Below, one piece after another: positions 12,330 through 25,900 of a stretch of 64,000 nt of DNA. The notes below the pieces were generated by a model. The model did no database searches. It saw only the letters and a list, made by a program, of their open reading frames with translations, and had not been told where the DNA came from. Source of the DNA: Octopus sinensis. Its lineage: Eukaryota. The translations under genes were made by a program, and so were the position numbers. The first letter of the stretch is position 1. Each line of letters starts with the position of its first letter. Location: positions 13,268,001-13,332,000 of the forward strand of contig NC_043023.1 of assembly GCF_006345805.1 (NCBI RefSeq). The letters run 5' to 3'.

Positions 12330-13290
12330 TTTCCATGTCAACTAACCGTTTTATCATTGCCATATAAGGAACAGAACAATATATACGAATGTGGAATTCT
12401 TCAATCGGACTCCTCACATTCTACTAATTAATTACGCTGTTTTATTCTCACTTAACCAATTAATTTCAGTTCTATCACATGTAACAGTCGGTCATTGTAT
12501 TTTATAAACAACAAATCAACATTTCAGCTTCAAAGTTATTAATTAAGTCGAAGAAATATATTTTCCTAATTTTGTTACGTTTTCGCTTCGAAAAATAATT
12601 ACTGTAACATCGCGAGTTCACATAATTCTATCATTTACATTATTATTATTATCATTACAGCCTTAAAGTAAATCTTTCTCAACTTACCGTTTTATCAATA
12701 CCTCATTAACAACGGGACAACGTTAATTAATGTGGTATTCTTCAATCGGTTTCTTCTCATACTGCTAATTAATTATGCCACATTACTCTCATTTTATAAA
12801 TTAATTTCCTTTATATCACATGTAGCTGTCGATCATCAGTTTTCATAAACGACCGACCAAAATTTCAGCTTGGAAGTTATTAATTAAGACGAGCAAATAT
12901 ATTTTCCTAATTGTTGTCAGGTTCCCGCTTCGAAAAATAATTACTGTAACATCGAGAGATTCACATAATTCTATTATTTACATAGCTATTAGTAATACTA
13001 TTATCACCATCACAGCCTTAAAAAAAATCTTTCTCGACTTACCACGTTAAGATATAAACAGCGAGTCAGCGATCAGTAATTAAGCACCTTAATTAAGAAT
13101 TTAAATTAACGATCGTTGAAGTGTAGAAGTTATTTCCCCTGGTGCGATTGTATTTCTTCAATTCTCCAATAGATGACACTAGTGTCTGTTTGGGTCCACT
13201 CCCGTTTTTGTTTTTGTCCCATTCTGTTTGTCCCATCTTCCCTTCAAGTTATTTCCAATTTTCACCAGATTATTTTAGCAAAGTCTACTC
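12330..13290 (-). repeat. ~350-bp tandem unit (~2.5 copies) upstream of ZNF1
   Basis: ACTTAC (minus-strand GTAAGT) at 12682-12687 and 13037-13042, period 355; homologous to 30020-30830 and 44040-44449. Confidence 0.8.
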
Positions 13291-13422
13291 ATATATTCTA
13301 CTGGGAGCTTCTCCAGACTCGCAACTCTCCAATTAAATGAAACGCAATGAAGAACAAAGCTTCTTTGAATTCTACATCTCATTCCTTTAATCCAGTTCTC
13401 ATTCCATTAATCTATTCCCTTA

Positions 13423-13954
13423 CGTTCAGAGTTCAAATTCCGTCGAGGTCGACTTTGCCTTTCATCCTTTCGGGGTCGATAAATTAAGTACCAGTTACGC
13501 AATGGGGTCGATGTAATCGACTTAATACCTATGTCTGTCCTTGTTTGTCCCCTCTGTATTTAGCCCCTTGTGGGTAATAAAGAAATAGGTATTTCGTCTG
13601 TCGTTACGTTCTGAGTTCAAATTCCGCCGAGGTCGACTTTGCCGTTCTTCCTTTCGGAGTCGATAAATTAAGTACCAGTTACGCACTGGTGTCGATGTAA
13701 TCGACTTAATACCTATGGCTGTCCTTGTTTGTTCCTTCTATGTTTAGCCCCTTGTGGGTAGTAAAGAAATAAGTATTTCGTCCGCTGTTATGTTGTGAGT
13801 TCAAATCCGCCGAGGTCGACTTTGCCTTTCTTCCTTTCGGGGTCGATAAATTAAGTACCAGTTACGCACTGGGGTCGGTGTAAACGACTTAATACCTATG
13901 TCTGTCCTTGTTTGTTCCCTCTATGTTTAGCCCCTTGTGGGTAATAAAGAAATA
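13423..13954 (+). mobile_element. SINE family C trimer
   Basis: Three ~183-bp units inside one 17-bp TSD attaatctattccctta (13406-13422, 13955-13971). Confidence 0.9.
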
Positions 13955-14085
13955 ATTAATCTATTCCCTTATTTTCCCTGAGTATCGCAAACTCTGGGAC
14001 GTCCCAGACATAGCTACAACATTTTCCCCAATAATAATAATAATGTATATGACATGAGACGTTTTCCTTGCGTTAACGTTTGTTG

Positions 14086-14362
14086 GGTACTACTTGAGAA
14101 CGGTGGTCCCGGTGCGCGCACTCACGTAGTCGCGCATCCGCGTAAGCTAGTCACGACTAGTCGATCCTTACTTTGCGTTTTTGTGTTATTTACTTTGTTT
14201 TTTTTTGTGTTTTATTTGCTTTGTTTAACAAAAATTATTTACTTTGTGCAAAAAAAATTACCTATTTTGTGTTTTATTTACTTTGCTAGAATCGACTAGT
14301 CACGACTAGCTAGCGCGACTACGCGAGTGCGCGCACCGGGACCACTGTTCGCTAGTAGTACC
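14086..14362. mobile_element. GG-terminated MITE family F (Merlin-like)
   Basis: TIRs ggtactact...agtagtacc (~75 bp, imperfect); 9-bp TSD cgtttgttg at 14077-14085 and 14363-14371. Confidence 0.85.
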
Positions 14363-14516
14363 CGTTTGTTGTCCTCTTTAACAATTATATATCCGCTATA
14401 TCAGTAATCTATTACAGCACTTACCTAGCCTTAATTAGTCATGCACCCCACCTGTGTATTAAATATCTATATTATGTGTGTGTTGTTACGACCAGGCAAA
14501 TTTCTTATGTATAAAA

Positions 14517-15070
14517 GGAGTGGCTGTGTGGTAAGTAGATTGCTAACTAACCACATTGTTCCGGGTTCAGTCCCACTGCGTGGCATCTTGGGCAAGTGTC
14601 TTCTGCTATAGCCTCGGGTCGACTAATGCCTTGTGAGTGGATTTGGTAGACGGAAACAGAAAGAAGCCTGTCGTATATATGTATATATACATAGGTGCAG
14701 GAGTGGCTGTGTGGTAAGTAGCTTGCTAACCAACCACATGGTTCCGGGTTCAGTCCCACTGCGTGACATCCTGGGCAAGTATCTTGTGTTATAGCCCCGG
14801 GCCGACCAATGCCTTGTGAGTGGATTTGGTAGACGGAAACTGAAAGAAGCCTGTCGTATATATATGTATGTGTGTGTGTCTGTGTTTGTCCCCCTAGCGA
14901 TGCTGGTGTGTTTACGTCCCCGTCACTTGGCAGTTCGGCAAAAGAGACCGATAGAATAAGTACTGGGCTTACAAAGAATAAGTCCCGGGGTGTCGAGTTG
15001 CTCGACTAAAGGCGGTGCTCCAGCATGGCCGCAGTCAAATGATTGAAACAAGTAAAAAGAGTGAAGAGAG
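14517..15070 (+). mobile_element. SINE family A with duplicated head
   Basis: Head repeated at 14517 and ~14696, followed by one body. Confidence 0.85.
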
Positions 15071-15356
15071 TAAACTTCTGATGGCAACAACAGCAATTGT
15101 ACAAAAAGGGAATTAATACTCAAAGATTGAAAGTAAGTAACAACAGGTATAATACCGAAAGAATTCCATGTCCAGTCCTAGATTGCTCAAAGGTCGGTGG
15201 TAGATGGTCAGTTCCGCGTACAGCTGCCTCTGGTATTTCGTACTTTCCACGCCCTGCTGTACTCTGAACTCTCTTTTATAACAGGAAGTAAACGAGATTT
15301 ATCCGTCTCGTCTCTGACTCACTTCCCGTACGTACGTATTTATATACATATATATA

Positions 15357-15997
15357 TAAGCAATAATAAATCTCTGAACGAGTCGCTACGTTCTGAGTTC
15401 AAATTCCGCCGAGGTCAACTTTGCCTTTCATCCTTTCGGGGTCGATAAATTAAGTACCACTTACGCAGTGGGGTCGATGTAATCGACTTTATCCGTTTGT
15501 CTGTCCTTGTTTAGCCCCTTGTAGGTAATAAAGAAATAGGTATAAACAGTATTCTTCTGCGTTACGTTGTGAGTTCAAATTCCGCCGAGGTCGACTTTGC
15601 CTTTCATCCTTTCGGGGTCGATAAATTAAGTACCACTTACGCAGTGAGGTCGATGTAATCGACTTAATCCGTTTGTCTGTCCTTGTTTGTCCCCTCTGCG
15701 TGTAGCCCCTTGTGTGTAATAAAGAAATAGGTATAAACAGTATGCTTAGCGGTATTTCGTCTGCCGCTACGTTCTGAGTTCAAATTCCGCCGATGTCGAC
15801 TTTGCCTTTCATCCTTTCGGGGTCGATAAATTAAGTACCAGTTACGCACTGGAGTCGATGTAATCGACTTGATCCGTTTGTCTGTCCTTGTTTATCCCCT
15901 CTGTGTTTAGCCCCTTGTGGGTAGTAAAGAAATAGGTATAAACAGTAACTGCACGACAATGTGAGGTATACTTGCCATATTGAGATGGCAAGTATAC
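15357..15997 (+). mobile_element. Fragment of element J interrupted by a SINE family C array (15383-15934)
   Basis: aataataaatctctgaacgag and (g)taaacagtaac match 61976-62012; ends in a perfect 13-bp hairpin 15966-15997. Confidence 0.6.
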
Positions 15998-15999
15998 AT

Positions 16000-16388
16000 C
16001 GTATATCTATATCTATATATATATACACACACATATATATATATATACAAACACACACACATATATATATGTTTGTGTGTGTATGTATGTATATATATGT
16101 GTGTGTGTGTATGTATATATATGTGTGTGTGTGTGTATGTATACATATATATATATGTGTGTGTGTGTATATATATATATATGTGTGTGTATGTATGTAT
16201 ATATATATGTGTGTATGTATGTATATATGTGTGTGTGTGTGTATGTATATATATGTATATATATTGATTGATTCCAGTTTCAGCTCATGAGCTGTGGCCA
16301 TGCTGGGGCACCGCCATTTATGTGTGTATGTATGTATATATATGTGTGTGTATGTATATATATGTATATATATATGTGTGTGTGTATG

Positions 16389-16468
<80 letters not shown>

Positions 16469-16480
16469 TATATATCAAGA
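16000..16480. repeat. Compound (TA)n/(TG)n/(TATG)n microsatellite
   Basis: Direct reading; explains the I/Y/C/V-rich ORFs in the track. Confidence 0.95.
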
Positions 16481-16685
16481 ACAATCTTACTTAGAAGGGA
16501 TGCGTGCGTTCCGTCAGTTCCTTGTGTTCGTGTCTATGTTTTCGTTTCTCATTGTGTTCGACGTTTTTTTGGTGTCCTGTACTCATATACGCGTGTATAT
16601 ATACATGTAGAGGTAGGTACATACATATATGTTTATATGTTTTATTTATTAATATATTATATATATATATGTGTGTGTGTGTGTG

Positions 16686-16717
<32 letters not shown>

Positions 16718-16930
16718 CCCACCTATGTCGTTTCAATTCTGCCATAAGATCATATCCCTCCTCATTCAGAAAACATTGTTAGTTCTCCCCCTTCATTATA
16801 TTTTCTCGTTATTTTCAGTTTATAGATATACATAACATTCTCCCCCTCAAACGAAGAAAGTTGATCGCAGTAAAAACTTTCCTATTTACAATGACAAATT
16901 ATGAGAACTGCATAAGGGATAAAAAAAATT

Positions 16931-19900
16931 GGATCTTTTCGGTTTGACCGGCAGTTTTTAAAAAATAATTTCCACGTAACTAAACACTTTAAAACTTCGT
17001 ATACTGGTAGAATGTGTTTATAAGACATCTTTTTCTCTTGGCTTTATTGAGAAAATTCTATAGTTTGTAAGATATTTGGGTCTTTTCGGTTTGACCGGCA
17101 GTTTTTAAAAAATAATTTCCACGTAACTAAACACTTTAAAACTTCGTATACTGGTAGAATGTGTTTATAAAACATCTTTTTCTCTTGGCTTTATTGGAAA
17201 AATTCTATAGTTTGTAAGATATTTGGGTCTTTTCGGTTTGACCGGCAGTTTTTTTAAAATAATTTCCACGTAACTAAACACTTTTAAACTTCGTATACTG
17301 GTAGAATGTGTTTATAAAACATCTTTTTCTCTTGGCTTTATTGAGAAAATTCTATAGTTTGTAAGATATTTGGGTCTTTTCGGTTTGACCGGCAGTTTTT
17401 AAAAATAATTTCCACGTAACTAAACACTTTTAAACTTCGTATACTGGTAGAATGTGTTTATAAAACATCTTTTTCTCTTGGCTTTATTGAGAAAATTCTA
17501 TAGTTTGTAAGATATTTGGGTCTTTTCGGTTTGACCGGCAGTTTTTTAAAAAATAATTTCCACGTAACTAAACACTTTAAAACTTCGTATACTGGTAGAA
17601 TGTGTTTATAAGACATCTTTTTCTCTTGGCTTTATTGAGAAAATTCTATAGTTTGTAAGATATTTGGGTCTTTTCGGTTTGACCGGCAGTTTTTAAAAAA
17701 TAATTTCCACGTAACTAAACACTTTAAAACTTCGTATACTGGTAGAATGTGTTTATAAGACATCTTTTTCTCTTGGCTTTATTGAGAAAATTCTATAGTT
17801 TGTAAGATATTTGGGTCTTTTCGGTTTGACCGGCAGTTTTTAAAAAATAATTTCCACGTAACTAAACACTTTAAAACTTCGTATACTGGTAGAATGTGTT
17901 TATAAGACATCTTTTTCTCTTGGCTTTATTGAGAAAATTCTATAGTTTGTAAGATATTTGGGTCTTTTCGGTTTGACCGGCAGTTTTTAAAAAATAATTT
18001 CCACGTAACTAAACACTTTAAAACTTCGTATACTGGTAGAATGTGTTTATAAGACATCTTTTTCTCTTGGCTTTATTGAGAAAATTCTATAGTTTGTAAG
18101 ATATTTGGGTCTTTTCGGTTTGACCGGCAGTTTTTAAAAAATAATTTCCACGTAACTAAACACTTTAAAACTTCGTATACTGGTAGAATGTGTTTATAAA
18201 ACATCTTTTTCTCTTGGCTTTATTGAGAAAATTCTATAGTTTGTAAGATATTTGGGTCTTTTCGGTTTGACCGGCAGTTTTTAAAAAATAATTTCCACGT
18301 AACTAAACACTTTAAAACTTCGTATACTGGTAGAATGTGTTTATAAAACATCTTTTTCTCTTGGCTTTATTGAGAAAATTCTATAGTTTGTAAGATATTT
18401 GGGTCTTTTCGGTTTGACCGGCAGTTTTTAAAAAATAATTTCCACGTAACTAAACACTTTAAAACTTCGTATACTGGTAGAATGTGTTTATAAAACATCT
18501 TTTTCTCTTGGCTTTATTGGAAAAATTCTATAGTTTGTAAGATATTTGGGTCTTTTCGGTTTGACCGGCAGTTTTTTTAAAAATAATTTCCACGTAACTA
18601 AACACTTTTAAACTTCGTATACTGGTAGAATGTGTTATAAAACATCTTTTTCTCTTGGCTTTATTGAGAAAATTCTATAGTTTGTAAGATATTTGGGTCT
18701 TTTCGGTTTGACCGGCAGTTTTTAAAAAATAATTTCCACGTAACTAAACACTTTTTAAACTTCGTATACTGGTAGAATGTGTTTATAAAACATCTTTTTC
18801 TCTTGGCTTTATTGAGAAAATTCTATAGTTTGTAAGATATTTGGGTCTTTTCGGTTTGACCGGCAGTTTTTAAAAAATAATTTCCACGTAACTAAACACT
18901 TTTAAAACTTCGTATACTGGTAGAATGTGTTTATAAGACATCTTTTTCTCTTGGCTTTATTGAGAAAATTCTATAGTTTGTAAGATATTTGGGTCTTTTC
19001 GGTTTGACCGGCAGTTTTTAAAAAAATATTTCCACGTAACTAAACACTTTAAAACTTCGTATACTGGTAGAATGTGTTTATAAAACATCTTTTTCTCTTG
19101 GCTTTATTGAGAAAATTCTATAGTTTGTAAGATATTTGGGTCTTTTCGGTTTGACCGGCAGTTTTAAAAAATAATTTCCACGTAACTAAACACTTTAAAA
19201 CTTCGTATACTGGTAGAATGTGTTTATAAAACATCTTTTTCTTGGCTTTATTGAGAAAATTCTATAGTTTGTAAGATATTTGGGTCTTTTCGGTTTGACC
19301 GGCAGTTTTTTAAAAAATAATTTCCACGTAACTAAACACTTTTAAACTTCGTATACTGGTAGAATGTGTTTATAAAACATCTTTTTCTCTTGGCTTTATT
19401 GGAAAAATTCTATAGTTTGTAAGATATTTGGGTCTTTTCGGTTTGACCGGCAGTTTTTTTAAAATAATTTCCACGTAACTAAACACTTTTAAACTTCGTA
19501 TACTGGTAGAATGTGTTTATAAAACATCTTCTTCTCTTGGCTTTATTGAGAAAATTCTATAGTTTGTAAGATATTTGGGTCTTTTCGGTTTGACCGGCAG
19601 TTTTTAAAAATAATTTCCACGTAACTAAACACTTTTTAACTTCGTATACTGGTAGATGTGTTTTATAAAACATCTTTTTCTCTTGGCTTTATTGAGAAAA
19701 TTCTATAGTTTGTAAGATATTTGGGTCTTTTCGGTTTGACCGGCAGTTTTTAAAAAATAATTTCCACGTAACTAAACACTTTAAAACTTCGTATACTGTG
19801 TAGAATGTGTTTATAAGACATCTTTTTCTCTTGGCTTTATTGAGAAAATTCTATAGTTTGTAAGATATTGGGTCTTTTCGGTTTGACCGGCAGTTTTAAA

Positions 19901-22900
19901 AAATAATTTCCACGTAACTAAACACTTTAAAACTTCGTATACTGGTAGAATGTGTTTATAAGACATCTTTTTCTCTTGGCTTTATTGAGAAAATTCTATA
20001 GTTTGTAAGATATTTGGGTCTTTTCGGTTTGACCGGCAGTTTTAAAAAATAATTTCCACGTAACTAAACACTTTTAAACTTCGTATACTGGTAGAATGTG
20101 TTTATAAGACATCTTTTTCTCTTGGCTTTATTGAGAAAATTCTATAGTTTGTAAGATATTTGGGTCTTTTCGGTTTGACCGGCAGTTTTTAAAAAATAAT
20201 TTCCACGTAACTAACACTTTTAAAACTTCGTATACTGGTAGAATGTGTTTATAAGACATCTTTTTCTCTCTTGGCTTTATTGAGAAAATTCTATAGTTTG
20301 TAAGATATTTTGGTCTTTTCGGTTTGACCGCAGTTTTTTAAAAAAATATTTCCACGTAACTAAACACTTTAAAACTTCGTATACTGGTAGAATGTGTTTA
20401 TAAAACATCTTTTTCTCTTGGCTTTATTGAGAAAATTCTATAGTTTGTAAGATATTTGGGTCTTTTCGGTTTGACCGGCAGTTTTTAAAAAATAATTTCC
20501 ACGTAACTAAACACTTTAAAACTCGTATACTGGTAGAATGTGTTTATAAGACATCTTTTTCTCTTGGCTTTATTGAGAAAATTCTATAGTTTGTAAGATA
20601 TTTGGGTCTTTTCGGTTTGACCGGCAGTTTTTAAAAATAATTTCCACGTAACTAAACACTTTAAAACTTCGTATACTGGTAGAATGTGTTTATAAAACAT
20701 CTTTTTTCTCTTGGCTTTATTGAGAAAATTCTATAGTTTGTAAGATATTTGGGTCTTTTCGGTTTGACCGGCAGTTTTTAAAAAATAATTTCCACGTAAC
20801 TAAACACTTTAAAACTTCGTATACTGGTAGAATGTGTTTATAAGACATCTTTTTCTCTTGGCTTATTGAGAAAATTCTATAGTTTGTAAGATATTTGGGT
20901 CTTTTCGGTTTGACCGGCAGTTTTTAAAAATAATTTCCACGTAACTAAACACTTTAAAACTTCGTATACTGGTAGAATGTGTTTATAAGACATCTTTTTC
21001 TCTTGGCTTTATTGAGAAAATTCTATAGTTTGTAAGATATTTGGGTCTTTTCGGTTTGACCGGCAGTTTTTAAAAAATAATTTCCACGTAACTAAACACT
21101 TTAAAACTTCGTATACTGGTAGAATGTGTTTATAAGACATCTTTTTCTCTTGGCTTTATTGAGAAAATTCTATAGTTTGTAAGATATTTTGGTCTTTTCG
21201 GTTTGACCGGCAGTTTTTAAAAATAATTTCCACGTAACTAAACACTTTAAAACTTCGTATACTGGTAGAATGTGTTTATAAGACATCTTTTTCTCTTGGC
21301 TTTATTGAGAAAATTCTATAGTTTGTAAGATATTTGGGTCTTTTCGGTTTGACCGGCAGTTTTTAAAAAATAATTTCCACGTAACTAAACACTTTAAAAC
21401 TTCGTATACTGGTAGAATGTGTTTATAAAACATCTTTTTCTCTTGGCTTTATTGGAAAAATTCTATAGTTTGTAAGATATTTGGGTCTTTTCGGTTTGAC
21501 CGGCAGTTTTTTTAAAATAATTTCCACGTAACTAAACACTTTTAAACTTCGTATACTGGTAGAATGTGTTTATAAAACATCTTTTTCTCTCTTGGCTTTA
21601 TTGAGAAAATTCTATAGTTTGTAAGATATTTGGGTCTTTTCGGTTTGACCGGCAGTTTTAAAAAATAATTTCCACGTAACTAAACACTTTTAAACTTCGT
21701 ATACTGGTAGAATGTGTTTATAAAACATCTTTTTCTCTTGGCTTTATGAGAAAATTCTATAGTTTGTAAGATATTTGGGTCTTTTCGGTTTGACCGGCAG
21801 TTTTTAAAAAAATTTCCACGTAACTAAACACTTAAAACTTCGTATACTGGTAGAATGTGTTATAAGACATCTTTTTCTCTTGGCTTTATTGAGAAAATTC
21901 TATAGTTTGTAAGATATTTGGGTCTTTTCGGTTTGACCGGCAGTTTTTAAAAATAATTTCCACGTAACTAAACACTTTAAACTTCGTATACTGGTAGAAT
22001 GTGTTTATAAGACATCTTTTTCTCTTGGCTTTATTGAGAAAATTCTATAGTTTGTAAGATATTTGGGTCTTTTCGGTTTGACCGGCAGTTTTTAAAAAAT
22101 AATTTCCACGTAACTAAACACTTTAAAACTTCGTATACTGGTAGAATGTGTTATAAAACATCTTTTTCTCTTGGCTTTATTGGAAAAATTCTATAGTTTG
22201 TAAGATATTTGGGTCTTTTCGGTTTGACCGGCAGTTTTTAAAAAAATATTTCCACGTAACTAAACACTTTAAAACTTCGTATACTGGTAGAATGTGTTTA
22301 TAAGACATCTTTTTCTCTTGGCTTTATTGAGAAAATTCTATAGTTTGTAAGATATTTGGGTCTTTTCGGTTTGACCGGCAGTTTTTTAAAAAATAATTTC
22401 CACGTAACTAAACACTTTAAAACTTCGTATACTGGTAGAATGTGTTTATAAGACATCTTTTTCTCTTGGCTTTATTGAGAAAATTCTATAGTTTGTAAGA
22501 TATTTGGGTCTTTTCGGTTTGACCGGCAGTTTTTAAAAAATAATTTCCACGTAACTAAACACTTTAAAACTTCGTATACTGGTAGAATGTGTTTATAAGA
22601 CATCTTTTTCTCTGGCTTTATTGAGAAAATTCTATAGTTTGTAAGATATTTGGGTCTTTTCGGTTTGACCGGCAGTTTTTAAAAAAATTTCCACGTAACT
22701 AAACACTTTAAAACTTCGTATACTGGTAGAATGTGTTTATAAGACATCTTTTTCTCTGGCTTTATTGAGAAAATTCTATAGTTTGTAAGATATTGGGTCT
22801 TTTCGGTTTGACCGGCAGTTTTTAAAAAATAATTTCCACGTAACTAAACACTTTAAAACTTCGTATACTGGTAGAATGTGTTTATAAGACATCTTTTTCT

Positions 22901-25900
22901 CTTGGCTTTATTGAGAAAATTCTATAGTTTGTAAGATATTTGGGTCTTTTCGGTTTGACCGGCAGTTTTTAAAAAAATTTCCACGTAACTAAACACTTTA
23001 AAACTTCGTATACTGGTAGAATGTGTTTATAAGACATCTTTTTCTCTTGGCTTTATTGAGAAAATTCTATAGTTTGTAAGATATTTGGGTCTTTTCGGTT
23101 TGACCGGCAGTTTTTAAAAAATAATTTCCACGTACTAAACACTTTAAAACTTCGTATACTGGTAGAATGTGTTTATAAAACATCTTTTTCTCTTGGCTTT
23201 ATTGGAAAAATTCTATAGTTTGTAAGATATTTGGGTCTTTTCGGTTTGACCGGCAGTTTTTTTAAAATAATTTCCACGTAACTAAACACTTTAAACTTCG
23301 TATACTGGTAGAATGTGTTTATAAAACATCTTCTTCTCTTGGCTTTATTGAGAAAATTCTATAGTTTGTAAGATATTGGGTCTTTTCGGTTTGACCGGCA
23401 GTTTTTAAAAATAATTTCCACGTAACTAAACACTTTTAAACTTCGTATACTGGTAGAATGTGTTTATAAAACATCTTTTTCTCTTGGCTTTATTGAGAAA
23501 ATTCTATAGTTTGTAAGATTTTGGGTCTTTTCGGTTTGACCGGCAGTTTTTAAAAAATAATTTCCACGTAACTAAACACTTTAAAACTTCGTATACTGGT
23601 AGAATGTGTTTATAAGACATCTTTTTCTCTTGGCTTTATTGAAAAATTCTATAGTTTGTAAGTTATTTGGGTCTTTTCGGTTTGACCGGCAGTTTTTTAA
23701 AAAATAATTTCCACGTAACTAAACACTTTAAAACTTCGTATACTGGTAGAATGTGTTTATAAGACATCTTTTTCTCTTGGCTTTATTGAGAAAATTCTAT
23801 AGTTTGTAAGATATTTTGGTCTTTTCGGTTTGACCGGCAGTTTTTAAAAAATAATTTCCACGTAACTAAACACTTTAAAACTTCGTATACTGGTAGAATG
23901 TGTTTATAAGACATCTTTTTCTCTTGGCTTTATTGAGAAAATTCTATAGTTTGTAAGATATTTGGGTCTTTTCGGTTTGACCGGCAGTTTTTAAAAAATA
24001 ATTCCACGTAACTAAACACTTTAAAACTTCGTATACTGGTAGAATGTGTTATAAGACATCTTTTTCTCTTGGCTTTATTGAGAAAATTCTATAGTTTGTA
24101 AGATATTTGGGTCTTTTCGGTTTGACCGGCAGTTTTTTAAAAATAATTTCCACGTAACTAAACACTTTAAACTTCGTATACTGGTAGAATGTGTTTATAA
24201 AACATCTTTTTCTCTTGGCTTTATTGAGAAAATTCTATAGTTTGTAAGATATTTGGGTCTTTTCGGTTTGACCGGCAGTTTTTAAAAAAATTTCCACGTA
24301 ACTAAACACTTTAAAACTTCGTATACTGGTAGAATGTGTTTATAAGACATCTTTTTCTCTCTTGGCTTTATTGAGAAAATTCTATAGTTTGTAAGATATT
24401 TGGGTCTTTTCGGTTTGACCGGCAGTTTTTTAAAAATAATTTCCACGTAACTAAACACTTTAAAACTTCGTATACTGGTAGAATGTGTTTATAAAACATC
24501 TTTTTTCTCTTGGCTTTATTGAGAAAATTCTATAGTTTGTAAGATATTTGGGTCTTTTCGGTTTGACCGGCAGTTTTTTAAAAAAAATTTCCACGTAACT
24601 AAACACTTTAAAACTTCGTATACTGGTAGAATGTGTTTATAAGACATCTTTTTCTCTTGGCTTTATTGAGAAAATTCTATAGTTTGTAAGATATTTGGGT
24701 CTTTTCGGTTTGACCGGCAGTTTTTAAAAATAATTTCCACGTAACTAAACACTTTAAAACTTCGTATACTGGTAGAATGTTTATAAGACATCTTTTTCTC
24801 TTGGCTTTATTGAGAAAATTCTATAGTTTGTAAGATATTTGGGTCTTTTCGGTTTGACCGGCAGTTTTTAAAAAATAATTTCCACGTAACTAAACACTTT
24901 AAAACTTCGTATACTGGTAGAATGTGTTTATAAAACATCTTTTTCTCTTGGCTTTATTGAGAAAATTCTATAGTTTGTAAGATATTTTGGTCTTTTCGGT
25001 TTGACCGGCAGTTTTTAAAAAATAATTTCCACGTAACTAAACACTTTAAAACTTCGTATACTGGTAGAATGTGTTTATAAGACATCTTTTTCTCTTGGCT
25101 TTATTGAGAAAATTCTATAGTTTGTAAGATATTTGGGTCTTTTCGGTTTGACCGGCAGTTTTTAAAAAATAATTTCCACGTAACTAAACACTTTAAAACT
25201 TCGTATACTGGTAGAATGTGTTTATAAAACATCTTTTTCTCTTGGCTTTATTGAGAAAATTCTATAGTTTGTAAGATATTTGGGTCTTTTCGGTTTGACC
25301 GGCAGTTTTTTAAAAAATAATTTCCACGTAACTAAACACTTTTAAACTTCGTATACTGGTAGAATGTGTTTATAAGACATCTTTTTCTCTTGGCTTTATT
25401 GAGAAAATTCTATAGTTTGTAAGATATTTGGGTCTTTTCGGTTTGACCGGCAGTTTTTTAAAAAATAATTTCCACGTAACTAAACACTTTAAAACTTCGT
25501 ATACTGGTAGAATGTGTTTATAGACATCTTTTTCTCTTGGCTTTATTGAGAAAATTCTATAGTTTGTAAGATATTTGGGTCTTTTCGGTTTGACCGGCAG
25601 TTTTTAAAAAATAATTTCCACGTAACTAAACACTTTAAACTTCGTATACTGGTAGAATGTGTTTATAAAACATCTTCTTCTCTTGGCTTTATTGAGAAAA
25701 TTCTATAGTTTGTAAGATATTTGGGTCTTTTCGGTTTGACCGGCAGTTTTTAAAAATAATTTCCACGTAACTAAACACTTTTTAAACTTCGTATACTGGT
25801 AGAATGTGTTTATAAAACATCTTTTTCTCTTGGCTTTATTGAGAAAATTCTATAGTTTGTAAGATATTTGGGTCTTTTCGGTTTGACCGGCAGTTTTTAA

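Noticed and set aside
1696-16782. Many I/Y/C/V/H/T-rich ORFs in the track
   Set aside because: Translations of (TA)n/(TG)n/(CA)n microsatellites
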